Source of the DNA: an uncultured Nitrospiraceae bacterium
Lineage (GTDB): Bacteria > Nitrospirota > Thermodesulfovibrionia > Thermodesulfovibrionales > Dissulfurispiraceae
Reading direction: 5' to 3'
DNA length: 64,000 bases
Assembly (NCBI GenBank): GCA_964392915.1
Contig: CAYMRS010000006.1
Span: 14,756 to 78,755, forward strand
Part shown: positions 38,057 to 47,954 of the stretch, piece by piece
How positions within the stretch are numbered: the stretch's first letter is position 1
Layout: every line of letters starts with the position of its first letter
Translations under genes and position numbers: made by a program
Notes under the pieces: generated by a model
Seen by the model: only the letters and a program-made list of their open reading frames with translations
Databases searched by the model: none
What the model was told of the DNA's origin: nothing

Positions 38057-39259
38057 ATGAAGGACCAGACTACGCTATCCGCCGCAATCTCTTCGTTTGA
38101 TCACAAAGCCGACCGTACCCTGTACTGGTCATTTGTGGCGCTCTTTTTTTTTCTGCCGATTGGAACCTCGCCGGCGGTTATTGCGGGGGTTCTGGCGCTT
38201 TCCATCTGGATTCTGTCAGGAAAGGTCATAACCGAGCGGCACCGGTGGCTGAGCGAGCCCTGGTTCTGGGCGCTTGCCGTTTTTATTGTACTTCCGTGGG
38301 TTGGATTACTGTGGGCGCCGGATGTGCGGGAAGGGATTGGATTTGCATCCAAAACATACTATTACCTGCTCGCATTTGCTCTTGCATCGGTGAGGCTTTC
38401 GGAACAGGATGCCTCGCTGTTGCTGAAGGCGTTTGTCGCGGGACTCGCCGTAGCGGCGATCTGCTCATTATTGCAGCTTGCGACAATACTGCCGGTCAAG
38501 AGCGGGATACCGTCGCTCGTCGGAGCAAAAAGAATTCTCGGAGGGCTGTTTCTGGTGTTCGGCATCTGTCTTCTGCTGGCTTTTTTGAGGGATTGCCTGC
38601 GCGCCGATCTTCGTTTTGTGCTCGTCAGTCTCATTGCTCTTTTCTTTACGACTCTTGGCATGACCGGATCTCGTTCAGGATATCTCGGATTTGTGGCGGT
38701 TATTCCGGTTCTCTATAACTATTTCTTTCGTCGTATTTCTGTGATTCGCATTGCCGGATTTCTGGCAATATTGCTGATCCTGCTTGCAGCATTTGGGCCA
38801 TTTCGTGACCGGATGCCTTCGATTCAGAGCGAGATTCAGCGGTTTGATCAGGGAGATGCTAACTCTGCGGCCGGAGAGCGGCTGCATATGTGGAAAGGAG
38901 CTCTTGTAATTATTTCCGAGAACCCGCTTCTTGGCACGGGCACCGGCGGCTATAAAAACGCAATGAAACCTTTTGAAAATGAATCAATCTCAGTTCGCGA
39001 TATTAATAATCCGCACAGCAGCTTTTTTTATATGGCATGCAGTTTCGGCGTTGGCGGTCTGATTGTACTCGTCTGGTATTTTGGGGTTTTGCTCCGCAAA
39101 GGCTGGACAGCGAGGCATTCTCCTGTCGGGTTGGCGGTTCTCTGTTGCGGGGTTCTTACGGTTGTTCTCAGTTTCACATCTACGCCTGTCATCGATTTTG
39201 CAACAGCGAATCTTCTTGCGCTGATGACAGGAATCCGGGTGCCAAACAATGACGTCTAA
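38057..39259 (+). CDS. O-antigen ligase family (Wzy_C domain) membrane protein
   Basis: 400-aa polytopic ORF with a ..TGSRSGYLGF.. block and a periplasmic loop ..GERLHMWKGAL......PLLGTGTGGY.. typical of the O-antigen ligase/polymerase family. Confidence 0.8.
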   Translation: MKDQTTLSAAISSFDHKADRTLYWSFVALFFFLPIGTSPAVIAGVLALSIWILSGKVITERHRWLSEPWFWALAVFIVLPWVGLLWAPDVREGIGFASKTYYYLLAFALASVRLSEQDASLLLKAFVAGLAVAAICSLLQLATILPVKSGIPSLVGAKRILGGLFLVFGICLLLAFLRDCLRADLRFVLVSLIALFFTTLGMTGSRSGYLGFVAVIPVLYNYFFRRISVIRIAGFLAILLILLAAFGPFRDRMPSIQSEIQRFDQGDANSAAGERLHMWKGALVIISENPLLGTGTGGYKNAMKPFENESISVRDINNPHSSFFYMACSFGVGGLIVLVWYFGVLLRKGWTARHSPVGLAVLCCGVLTVVLSFTSTPVIDFATANLLALMTGIRVPNNDV

Positions 39260-40013
39260 ACAACCCGTGTCTGTTGCCATCATTACGTTCAATGAGGCGG
39301 ATCGCCTGCCTGACTGCCTTGCAAGTCTCGGCTTTGCCGATGATGTCGTGGTTGTAGATTCCGGAAGCACTGATGGGACGATTGAAATCGCCCGTGAAGC
39401 AGGCTGCCGTGTTTTTGCAGAGGAGTGGAAGGGCTTTGGCCGGCAGAAACAGAGCGCTGTTGATAAATGCCGTCATGGCTGGGTTTTGGTCATTGACGCC
39501 GACGAGCGAGTGCCTCCTGAGACTGCAGCGGCTATTTGTACGTCCATCCAGGATGCTGCTATTGACGGCTATAGTTTTCCCAGAAAGAATTTCTATAATG
39601 GCAAATGGATTCGCTCATGCGGTTGGTGGCCCGATCGGGTAGTGCGGCTTTTCAGAAAAGACAGGGGAAAGATCAAAGATTTGCTTGTCCATGAAGCAGT
39701 GCGAGTAGAAGGAAGAGTAGCAGAACTTGCAACTCCGCTTCACCACTATCCGATCAGAAGCCTTGGAGACGTGCTTGTGAAAATTAATAAATATTCCTCT
39801 CTTGGGGCAGATCAACTTTACCATTCAGGAGGGCGCGCATCTGTTGCCAAGGCTGCAATTAAGGGATTCGCGGCTTTCATGAAATCATTTTTTTTGCAGC
39901 GCGGAGTTTTTGATGGCGGGGAAGGGTTTATCATTTCTTTTTCTCATGGTGTCAATACTTGCTATAAATATCTGAAACTTCGTGAAAAGGAGCTCCTGTC
40001 TTATGAATCCTGA
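39249..40013 (+). CDS. glycosyltransferase family 2
   Basis: 254-aa ORF with VSVAIITFNE...DDVVVVDSGSTDGT...VLVIDADE (DxD). Confidence 0.85.
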   Translation: MTSKQPVSVAIITFNEADRLPDCLASLGFADDVVVVDSGSTDGTIEIAREAGCRVFAEEWKGFGRQKQSAVDKCRHGWVLVIDADERVPPETAAAICTSIQDAAIDGYSFPRKNFYNGKWIRSCGWWPDRVVRLFRKDRGKIKDLLVHEAVRVEGRVAELATPLHHYPIRSLGDVLVKINKYSSLGADQLYHSGGRASVAKAAIKGFAAFMKSFFLQRGVFDGGEGFIISFSHGVNTCYKYLKLREKELLSYES

Positions 40014-40785
40014 CTCTCCTGAGTCAAAATCCCTTCCAGTTACAAACAAAAAGGTTCTTGACCTCCTCGTCCGCCATAATTTCCTGGAAGGGAAAATCCT
40101 TGATCTCGGAGCCGGGAACGGTTATTTTTCGAGCCTTGTAGCTGCCGAAATCATCAGGCATCGCAACAATTGCGACGTTAACAAACATTTGTTTGCCTGC
40201 GATTTCCATCCTCATAATTTCAGGGTCGCTTCCGTTTCCTGCATGTTTGCGGATCTGAATGCCCCGTTGACGTATGAAAGCAGTTCATTTGATGCGGTCT
40301 GTTCGATAGAGGTAATCGAGCATCTTGAAAACCACTTTTCATTTGTCCGCGAAATTTACCGCATTCTGAAGCCCGGTGGCGTAGCGATTCTGACAACGCC
40401 GAATACTTTGAATGTGAACAGCAGGCTCAGCACGCTTTTTACGGGCTTTCAGCCGTTGTTTGATCCGCTACCGCTTTCAACTCCGGATCGTATTGAGACC
40501 GGGGGGCATATCCACCCGGTTTCTCCCTATCACCTGATGTACATACTTCATCAGGCCGGCTTCTCAACTATTAATGTTCATACTGACCGGCTCAAGAATT
40601 CGGGTCGGGTGCTGACTGCGCTGTTCTATCTTCCGCTGAAACTTGCCTTCAGCAGTTATCTGAAGAAACTTGCAAAGCTCGATGCACGGCTGGTGGAGGA
40701 GAACAAGACGTATCTCAATGCCATCATGACACTTCCAATGCTTGCCGGCAGAACAGTTATTGTCGAAGCGGTCAAGAGGCGCTAA
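40003..40785 (+). CDS. class I SAM-dependent methyltransferase
   Basis: SAM motif I (ILDLGAGNGYF) and a post-I/II pattern (..FDAVCSIEVIEHL...LKPGGVAILTTP). The start at ATG 40003 was chosen over GTG 39982. Confidence 0.8.
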   Translation: MNPDSPESKSLPVTNKKVLDLLVRHNFLEGKILDLGAGNGYFSSLVAAEIIRHRNNCDVNKHLFACDFHPHNFRVASVSCMFADLNAPLTYESSSFDAVCSIEVIEHLENHFSFVREIYRILKPGGVAILTTPNTLNVNSRLSTLFTGFQPLFDPLPLSTPDRIETGGHIHPVSPYHLMYILHQAGFSTINVHTDRLKNSGRVLTALFYLPLKLAFSSYLKKLAKLDARLVEENKTYLNAIMTLPMLAGRTVIVEAVKRR

Positions 40786-40788
40786 CCA

Positions 40789-41709
40789 TTGAAGCAGGTA
40801 TCGAACAGTGTAACATTTGGTCCCTTTAGCGGTGAGCTTGAGGATGCGTTCTGTCCAACCTGCGGTTGCAGTGTGCCATCGTCGAACGAGTATCTCTGTG
40901 ACAAGGGCATCGGCTATTGTCGCTGCACGGGCTGCGGCATGCTCTATGCTTCGCCTCGTTTTACCGAAGAGTCCATGTTGCGTATCTATGACACTCAGGA
41001 ATTCGCCGATCTCGAACCCTATCGCGAGTGGTCATATGATGCATGGCGCGCACGCGGTGACCGTACGTATGTTACCAGCGCCCAGAAGGTTGCCCTTGTG
41101 GAGCGGTATCTGCCAAGCGGTAGCCGCCTTCTGGATGTCGGCTGCGCGACAGGCCTTTTTGTGCTTGAGGCCAACAAGAAGGGTTTTTGGTGTGAAGGAC
41201 TGGAACCAAGCGGCATGCTCTCCACAATTGCGCGCGATGTTCTGAATGTTGCGGTTTCGACCACACAGATTGAGGATTTTCGGACAGAACTAACATTCAA
41301 TGGAATTATTCTCTGGGATGTTCTTGAACATCTGTACGATCCTGTGCGTGTCCTTCGTTCATGTGCAAACCTGCTTGTGCCGGGTGGCGTAATCTTTCTT
41401 CAGGTTCCTCATTCTGACGGCATGTCATTCCGGTTAAAGAGCATGCTTTCCAGGATTGGACTCAAAAAGCCGGGCTATAAGCACTTTGGCTTTCCTTGGC
41501 ATGTTTATGCATTCAACCGGAAAAGTTTGAGTTTCATGCTGGAGCGCTGTGGGTTTGAGCCGGTGCATTTTGAGTCGTGGTCGCATCTTCTGAAGGATGG
41601 AAAACGGTCTTTCCCGGAAGATGTTATCATTCGGGCCGCACGCAGGTTTTGTCTGTCTGACTATATCGTCTGCGTTGCCCGTAAGCGGCAGGACTATGCA
41701 GGTTCCTGA
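40789..41709 (+). CDS. class I SAM-dependent methyltransferase with N-terminal Cys-rich (zinc-ribbon-like) segment
   Basis: 306-aa ORF with a TTG start. It has CPTCGC...CTGCG, then LLDVGCATGLF, ..FNGIILWDVLEHL.. and LVPGGVIFLQVP. The start codon is uncertain. Confidence 0.75.
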   Translation: MKQVSNSVTFGPFSGELEDAFCPTCGCSVPSSNEYLCDKGIGYCRCTGCGMLYASPRFTEESMLRIYDTQEFADLEPYREWSYDAWRARGDRTYVTSAQKVALVERYLPSGSRLLDVGCATGLFVLEANKKGFWCEGLEPSGMLSTIARDVLNVAVSTTQIEDFRTELTFNGIILWDVLEHLYDPVRVLRSCANLLVPGGVIFLQVPHSDGMSFRLKSMLSRIGLKKPGYKHFGFPWHVYAFNRKSLSFMLERCGFEPVHFESWSHLLKDGKRSFPEDVIIRAARRFCLSDYIVCVARKRQDYAGS

Positions 41710-42772
41710 ACGAGGAGTACCCCCTGTTTTGGCAGATGCCGAGCGAGTGCTGGTCATTAACTTGAAGTATCTTGGTGACTCCATCTGGATGCTGCCGTTT
41801 TTAGACAACCTCAGACAGTACAATCCGAAGTGCCGCATTTCGGTTCTCGTGAATGAGGGAACTGAAATGTTTTTTTCAGGACACTCTTCAGTAGATACTG
41901 TCATGACCTTCCCCCGAAAGGCCGCAAAGCGGTTTCCGTCAGGAATACTGACGACGGCATCGCTCATCCGTCAACTCCGCAGGCTTAAGCCAGATGTGAT
42001 TCTTGAATTGACCGATACGGATCGTCCGGCAGTGTTGTCGTGGTTTGCGGGGGCTCCGGTGCGCGTTGGCTATAACAATCAGAACCGTTGGCGCAATCGC
42101 CTGTATACCGAGACGGTTAAGGCGAAAATATATGAGAAACACATGGTCGAGTATCATCTCGACATGCTGTGTGAGCTTGGCGTGCCAATCACCGACACCA
42201 CAATTCGCATACCGGAAGACCCAGGAGCTTCAGCCGTGCTTCGTTCACGTTTTCCATCAGTGTTCCAGCGTGACGGACGTCCTCGGATTCTTGTGCATCC
42301 CGGTGCTCGCGGACCGTTGCGGCGGTGGGGAGTTGCGCGATTTGCCGAGGTTGCCAATGCATTTGCGGGGGAGTGCCGTTTTTTCTTTGTTGCGGGAGCC
42401 GGGGAACAAGAACTCCTTGACGACATTCTCACAAAGGTTAATTTTGAGCCGGAAGTCTGCGCGAGCGGTCTTAGTGTCCGTGAGTTTGGAGAGCTATGCG
42501 GGCAGAGCGAGTTGTTTATCGGCAATGACAGCGGACCAATCCATATTGCAGCAGCGAAGACTTTTGTAGTAGGGATATACGGCCCCACGCTGCCGGAGTT
42601 TGTTTCGCCATGGACTGAAAAGAAACTGCTGCTTGATCCCGGCCCGCTCTCCTGCCGGCCATGCCGGCAGGAGAGATGTATCAATGAAAAATATAAGGAA
42701 TGCATCAACAGAATTCAGGCAGGGCAGGTTATTGCAGCGGTAAGAGACGCGCTCAACCTTTCGGGGTCTTGA
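41696..42772 (+). CDS. glycosyltransferase family 9 (LPS heptosyltransferase-like)
   Basis: The ATG at 41696 gives ..RVLVINLKYLGDSIWMLPFLDNLR.., ..ILVHPGARG..RRW.. and ..LFIGNDSGPIHIAAA.., typical GT9 blocks. Confidence 0.85.
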   Translation: MQVPERGVPPVLADAERVLVINLKYLGDSIWMLPFLDNLRQYNPKCRISVLVNEGTEMFFSGHSSVDTVMTFPRKAAKRFPSGILTTASLIRQLRRLKPDVILELTDTDRPAVLSWFAGAPVRVGYNNQNRWRNRLYTETVKAKIYEKHMVEYHLDMLCELGVPITDTTIRIPEDPGASAVLRSRFPSVFQRDGRPRILVHPGARGPLRRWGVARFAEVANAFAGECRFFFVAGAGEQELLDDILTKVNFEPEVCASGLSVREFGELCGQSELFIGNDSGPIHIAAAKTFVVGIYGPTLPEFVSPWTEKKLLLDPGPLSCRPCRQERCINEKYKECINRIQAGQVIAAVRDALNLSGS

Positions 42773-43553
42773 GATACTTGTCAACGCCATTTGCACAGAA
42801 GGCAGGGGCGTTCACTGAAGCTTGCAGTCGCTGGATGTTCTTTTCAAGATTCTCCCTGCTGTATTGCCTGTGATACAAGTGATAGCAGCAGGCCCGAAAC
42901 TTCAGGTCTTTCCGGCGCAGACCATTTTTATACAGCCTCACGGCAAGCTCCGAATCTTCCTTTCCCCATCCGACAAAGTCTTCGTTAAATCCATTGACCG
43001 CAAGAAAATCTTCCCGGAAAATGCTCATATTGCAACTGCGAATCCCGCGCATGCTTGATGAAAGGCGGATGAGAGGCACTGGCAGGCGAAACGCGTTCAT
43101 CACATTTCCTGCCCTGCCTTGCAGGGCCAACAAGAGAAAAGCTTTATAGGTTCCGTCTTTTTGACGAAAATCCTGAGATATATGTTCTCCGAGCAAAACC
43201 CGATGTCCCTGAATAAAAGAGCCTCGCTCCGCGTACTGCAGATGATCCGCAACAAGAGAGCGTGAGGGGATGGAATCATCATCACAGAAAATAAGGTATT
43301 CGCCAATGCTTGAGGAAACGGCTTTGTTGCGAATTGCCGCGGCCCGGAACCCGTTGTCTTCGTGCCAGACATGACGCATCGGCACGCTGCTCACGGCAGC
43401 TAATTCACCGACGCGCAGTGCGGTAGCCTCGGCAGACCCGTCATCCGCGATTATCATCTCATCAGGAGGGCAGGTCTGATGCAGGTATCCTTCAATGGTG
43501 CGTTCGAGATAATGCGGACGGTTATATGTACTAATAATTACTGATACTTTCAT
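42753..43553 (-). CDS. glycosyltransferase family 2
   Basis: 266-aa ORF with MKVSVIISTYNRPHYLERT...IIADDGS...IFCDDDS. Confidence 0.85.
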   Translation of the reverse strand: MKVSVIISTYNRPHYLERTIEGYLHQTCPPDEMIIADDGSAEATALRVGELAAVSSVPMRHVWHEDNGFRAAAIRNKAVSSSIGEYLIFCDDDSIPSRSLVADHLQYAERGSFIQGHRVLLGEHISQDFRQKDGTYKAFLLLALQGRAGNVMNAFRLPVPLIRLSSSMRGIRSCNMSIFREDFLAVNGFNEDFVGWGKEDSELAVRLYKNGLRRKDLKFRACCYHLYHRQYSRENLEKNIQRLQASVNAPAFCANGVDKYLKTPKG

Positions 43554-43627
43554 TTGGTCAGGTGTTCTGTCTTTTATGGTAAATTATAGCATATGTCTTT
43601 CGAGAGTCCTTTCCAAAACAGTTATTC

Positions 43628-45421
43628 ATGCGACATACCATAGATACCATCTTCCGGCGCTACCCATCGGGAACCAACTGGAGCGATCTGGCAATTCTTC
43701 GGATGCTTTCAAGACCCCACCGGTGGCGATTGATTGCGGCATTGCTCTGCAGTCTTGCCCTGTCGGGAATCAACGGCGTTATTGCCTGGAGCATTAAGCC
43801 ATTGACCGACCTCGTTCTCATGGAGAAATCGCGGGAGTACCTTCTTTTCATTTCTATCGGTGCGGTGCTCCTTTTTTGCTTGCGCGGAGGATTTACCTTT
43901 GCCGCAAATTATCTTATGGGGTCGATTGGCGCAAAAATAGTTCGCGCACTTCGCCAGTGGCTTTACGAAAAGCTCCTGCGTCTTCCCTACGGCTTTCACG
44001 TGCGGACATCCAGCTCATCGCTTGTTTCCAAAACCATGAATGACGTTGAGGTTTTGCATTATGCCGTTGCACATACCATAAAGGATTTATTGGTCGAAAC
44101 AGGAACGTTGCTTGTCCTCATGGGGGTAGCGATTTCCCGAAAGTGGGATCTCGCGCTGCTGGCATTTGTTGTTGTTCCTCTTACTGTTTTCGCCATAGCC
44201 CGGCTCGGGGGGCGACTGAAGCGTATGAGCATGGCCGCCCGGCTGCTAGTCGCTCAGCTGACTACCATTCTTCAGGAGAGCCTTCTCGGCCTCAAGATCA
44301 TTCGTGCCTTTACCATGGAAACACACATGGCCAAGCGATTCGATAATGTGCTTGCAGAGCACTATCGTGCCGTTATGCGCGGTGTGCGCGTCAATGAATT
44401 TTCATCACTTTTGTCGGAGGTGCTTGGCGGTATTGGCATTGCGGTCATTTTATTTTACAGCCTCCACCTGGTGATTGTCGGTGAAATGACCCCAGGCGAT
44501 CTTCTGTCGTTCGTTGCGGCTATCCTCATGGTATATACTCCGCTTCGTCGGCTGAGCAGGGTTCACGGGAATTTTCAGCAAGCCCGCGCAGTGCTTGAAA
44601 GGCTCCGCGATATCGGGCTGCAGGAACCGGAGCCGCAGGGAGGACACCCTGTAACATTGCAGGGCAGAATAGAGCTCCGCGACATCTCCTTTCGTTACCC
44701 TGGAGCCGATGAGGATGCTCTTCATTCGGTGAACCTCTCGGTCCGGCCGGGCGATCTCGTCGCGCTTGTCGGATATAGCGGTGCGGGAAAAAGCACACTT
44801 GCTGATCTGATTGCGGGATTCTGGCGTCCATCTGCAGGGAAGCTGTTGTATGAAGACAGGGCAATGCAGGAGTTGTCTCCCGCTTCCCTGCGTAGTCAGA
44901 TTGGCATTGTTACTCAGGATGTGTTTCTCTTTGATGACAGCATTCTGGAGAATATTCGTTTCGGACATCCTGATGCAAGCGCTGAAGAAGTTATTGCCGC
45001 CGCAAAGGCGGCATTCGCGCATGAGTTTATCATGGAATTGCCACAGGGATATGAAACGCGGATAGGAGAGCGCGGCGTCCGGCTGTCCGGGGGACAGAAA
45101 CAGCGCATTACTATCGCACGAGCAATTCTCCGGAATCCGAGCGTCCTGATTCTCGATGAAGCCACTTCGTCACTGGATATGGAATCAGAGCATCAAGTCC
45201 AAAAGGCGCTTGATGTGCTGATGCAGGACAGAACAACGCTTGTTATCGCGCACCGCCTGTCGACAATCCAGAAAGCAAACCGGATTGTTGTTATGAGTCA
45301 GGGAACGATTATTCAGCAAGGATCGCATGATGATTTGCTTGCGCAAGGCGGGCTCTATGCTGAGCTTTATGCCATGCAGTTCCGCACGGATGACGCTGAA
45401 CCAGATTATACGAGACAGTAG
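43628..45421 (+). CDS. ABC transporter permease/ATPase fusion, MsbA-like lipid exporter
   Basis: 597-aa ORF with six predicted TM helices, then Walker A (GYSGAGKST), the signature LSGGQKQR and Walker B (ILILDEATS). It sits in an LPS gene context. Confidence 0.85.
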   Translation: MRHTIDTIFRRYPSGTNWSDLAILRMLSRPHRWRLIAALLCSLALSGINGVIAWSIKPLTDLVLMEKSREYLLFISIGAVLLFCLRGGFTFAANYLMGSIGAKIVRALRQWLYEKLLRLPYGFHVRTSSSSLVSKTMNDVEVLHYAVAHTIKDLLVETGTLLVLMGVAISRKWDLALLAFVVVPLTVFAIARLGGRLKRMSMAARLLVAQLTTILQESLLGLKIIRAFTMETHMAKRFDNVLAEHYRAVMRGVRVNEFSSLLSEVLGGIGIAVILFYSLHLVIVGEMTPGDLLSFVAAILMVYTPLRRLSRVHGNFQQARAVLERLRDIGLQEPEPQGGHPVTLQGRIELRDISFRYPGADEDALHSVNLSVRPGDLVALVGYSGAGKSTLADLIAGFWRPSAGKLLYEDRAMQELSPASLRSQIGIVTQDVFLFDDSILENIRFGHPDASAEEVIAAAKAAFAHEFIMELPQGYETRIGERGVRLSGGQKQRITIARAILRNPSVLILDEATSSLDMESEHQVQKALDVLMQDRTTLVIAHRLSTIQKANRIVVMSQGTIIQQGSHDDLLAQGGLYAELYAMQFRTDDAEPDYTRQ

Positions 45422-45430
45422 GAGGCAGAC

Positions 45431-45847
45431 ATGAAATACGGAGAAAAGGCGGTTAAGGAATCGCAGCTCGAAATATGGCCGAACCCGAACCCGGAGCGTG
45501 ATTATGAGGTTTCAATAAGCTTTTCTGAGTTCACCTGCCTCTGCCCCCGGTCCGGTTACCCTGACTTTGCGGTGATATCCATCCTGTATGTTCCCGACAA
45601 GTCAATCGTCGAACTCAGGGCGCTGAAGCTTTGGCTCAACTCATTCCGCGATAAGCACATCTCGCATGAAGCGGTCACCAACCTCATCTGCACTGAGCTT
45701 GGGAAGGCTCTGAAGCCAAGACTCCTTGAAGTTGTGGGCGATTTCAACCCGCGTGGCAACGTTAAGACTATCATCACGGCCACCGCTCAGGGCAAGCGGA
45801 AAGCACCAAAGAAAAAGAAAATCCTCAATCGCGCTCAACACGGATAG
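45431..45847 (+). CDS. queF: NADPH-dependent 7-cyano-7-deazaguanine reductase QueF (unimodular type)
   Basis: 138-aa ORF with the catalytic Cys block [14 protein letters not shown] and a QueF motif ([14 protein letters not shown]). Confidence 0.88.
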   Translation: MKYGEKAVKESQLEIWPNPNPERDYEVSISFSEFTCLCPRSGYPDFAVISILYVPDKSIVELRALKLWLNSFRDKHISHEAVTNLICTELGKALKPRLLEVVGDFNPRGNVKTIITATAQGKRKAPKKKKILNRAQHG

Positions 45848-45880
45848 CCCGGGAACTGCGTTTGATCTGAAAGCCTTCGC

Positions 45881-46495
45881 TCAGCGTGCGGCCGCCCTTG
45901 CCCGTTCGATAAAGAGCCGGAGTTTTATGGGATCCTTCTTGCCTTTTGCTCGCTCAACTCCACTGCTGACATCTACGGCGTAGGGGCGAACTTGTGTCAC
46001 CGCTTTTGCGATATTGTCCGCCGTTAACCCGCCCGCCAGAATAATTGAACCGTATCGTTTTGCTTCGATCGCGATCTCCCAGTTAAAGACCTGCCCCGTT
46101 CCGCCGTATTTGACCGGGGAGTAAGCATCAAGCAAAAAAGCCGAGGCAGTATACTGCTCAAAAGCTGCAAGATCAGACATCGCTGCTACCCGGAATGCCT
46201 TAATCACGTGGGACCATTGCTTACAGAATGCAGGCGATTCGTCTCCGTGGAGCTGAACCATGTCAATGCCGGATTCAGCTTTCACTGCATTGATCGTTTC
46301 AGCGGATTCATTTACAAACACACCGACGGTGGTGAGAAACGGCGGAAGCAATTCGATAATCGAGCGGGCAGTTTCAGGGGAAACTCTTCTGGGACTCTTT
46401 TGGTAAAAAACAAAGCCGAGGGCATCGGCGCCGCACTCGACGGCGGCCGATGCATCTTCGGCATTCGTGATTCCGCAGATTTTTATGCGGACCAT
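45881..46495 (-). CDS. trpF: phosphoribosylanthranilate isomerase TrpF
   Basis: 204-aa ORF with MVRIKICGITN..DA......GADALGFVF...SPR.. and a C-terminal ..AGGL....V......PYAVDVSSGVE. Confidence 0.9.
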   Translation of the reverse strand: MVRIKICGITNAEDASAAVECGADALGFVFYQKSPRRVSPETARSIIELLPPFLTTVGVFVNESAETINAVKAESGIDMVQLHGDESPAFCKQWSHVIKAFRVAAMSDLAAFEQYTASAFLLDAYSPVKYGGTGQVFNWEIAIEAKRYGSIILAGGLTADNIAKAVTQVRPYAVDVSSGVERAKGKKDPIKLRLFIERARAAAR

Positions 46496-46497
46496 GT

Positions 46498-47850
46498 TTA
46501 GATGTTGGGTAACCTGCTGAGCGATTCTCGGATCAATTCATCCGGATATTCAAAATCCGTGAGCTTTCCGTTCAGATAGTCGTCATAGGCGGCAAGGTCG
46601 AGGTATCCATGACCGCTGAGTCCGAATAGGATGCATTTCTCCTTGCCCTCCTCTTTTGCGATAAGCGCCTCATCTATTGCAGCCCGGATGGCGTGCGAGC
46701 TTTCCGGAGCAGGAATAATTGCCTCGGATTTGGAGAACATGAGGGCAGCTTCAAAGCATGCAAGCTGTCCATATGCCTTCGCCTCGATGATGCCGTCATG
46801 ATAAAGCTGGGACACCAGGGAAGAATCGCCATGATAGCGCAACCCCCCCGCATGAATACCGGGAGGCATGAAGTCATGTCCGAGCGTATATTGCATCATC
46901 AGGGGAGTGAAGCCTGCGGTATCGCCAAAGTCGTACCGGAAGTCGCCTTTGGTGAGTGTCGGGCAGGAAGACGGTTCAACCGCGATGGCCCGGAGCTGTT
47001 TTCCGGCGATCTTGTCAGCAATAAACGGGAATGCAATGCCACCAAAGTTGCTCCCGCCGCCGCAACAGGCAATCACCACGTCGGGGTAGTCGTTTACCAG
47101 CGCGAACTGTTTTTTTGTTTCCAGTCCGATGACTGTCTGGTGAAGGACGACATGATTCAGGACTGAGCCAAGAGCGTAGTTCGTGTCCGGGCGGGTTGCG
47201 GCGTCTTCAACCGCTTCGGAAATCGCAATGCCGAGACTGCCCTGGCTTTCGGGATCCATTTCGAGAATTTTTCTGCCTGAGTTCGTAAGAGTTGAGGGGC
47301 TCGGATGCACGGTCGCTCCCCAGGTTTCCATCGCAATTCTCCGGTACGGCTTCTGGTTGTAGCTGACTTTTACCATGTAGACCGTCACTTCAAGGCCGAA
47401 CATGCCGCCGGCGAGGGCCATGGATGAGCCCCATTGCCCCGCACCCGTTTCTGTAGCAATGCGTTTGATTCCGGCCTGCTTGTTATAGTATGCCTGAGGG
47501 ATCGCCGTGTTCGGCTTGTGGCTTCCGGCGGGGCTGACGCCTTCATATTTGTAGTAGATGCGCGCCGGGGTGCCGAGCATCTTTTCGAGCCGGTGGGCGC
47601 GGAAGAGCGGAGCAGGACGCCAGAGCGTGTAGATGTCGAGCACTTCTTCGGGAATATCAATCCATCTCTGGGTCGAAACTTCCTGCTCGATCAGCGCCAT
47701 CGGGAAAATGGGAGTCAGGTCCTGTGGGCCCACGGGTTGCCTGGTGACAGGATGCAGCGGGGGCTTCGGGCGGGTGGGCATGTCCGCCATTATGTTGTAC
47801 CACTGGCGGGGGATTTCTTTTTCGGACAGGGTGATTTTTGTTTCCAGCAT
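46498..47850 (-). CDS. TrpB-like PLP-dependent enzyme (TrpB2 class tryptophan synthase beta paralog)
   Basis: 450-aa ORF with ..[13 protein letters not shown]......[19 protein letters not shown].. (PLP lysine) and ..GGGSNFGG... Its length and N-terminal extension are typical of TrpB2. Confidence 0.85.
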   Translation of the reverse strand: MLETKITLSEKEIPRQWYNIMADMPTRPKPPLHPVTRQPVGPQDLTPIFPMALIEQEVSTQRWIDIPEEVLDIYTLWRPAPLFRAHRLEKMLGTPARIYYKYEGVSPAGSHKPNTAIPQAYYNKQAGIKRIATETGAGQWGSSMALAGGMFGLEVTVYMVKVSYNQKPYRRIAMETWGATVHPSPSTLTNSGRKILEMDPESQGSLGIAISEAVEDAATRPDTNYALGSVLNHVVLHQTVIGLETKKQFALVNDYPDVVIACCGGGSNFGGIAFPFIADKIAGKQLRAIAVEPSSCPTLTKGDFRYDFGDTAGFTPLMMQYTLGHDFMPPGIHAGGLRYHGDSSLVSQLYHDGIIEAKAYGQLACFEAALMFSKSEAIIPAPESSHAIRAAIDEALIAKEEGKEKCILFGLSGHGYLDLAAYDDYLNGKLTDFEYPDELIRESLSRLPNI

Positions 47851-47954
47851 AAGGTCTCCAGATCATGATTTATTTAACGTTGAATACAATCTTAGCATAA
47901 AAAGCCGCTCTTCCCGCCAGCGTGAAGGGGAGAACGATTCTTTATGGCGAACCT

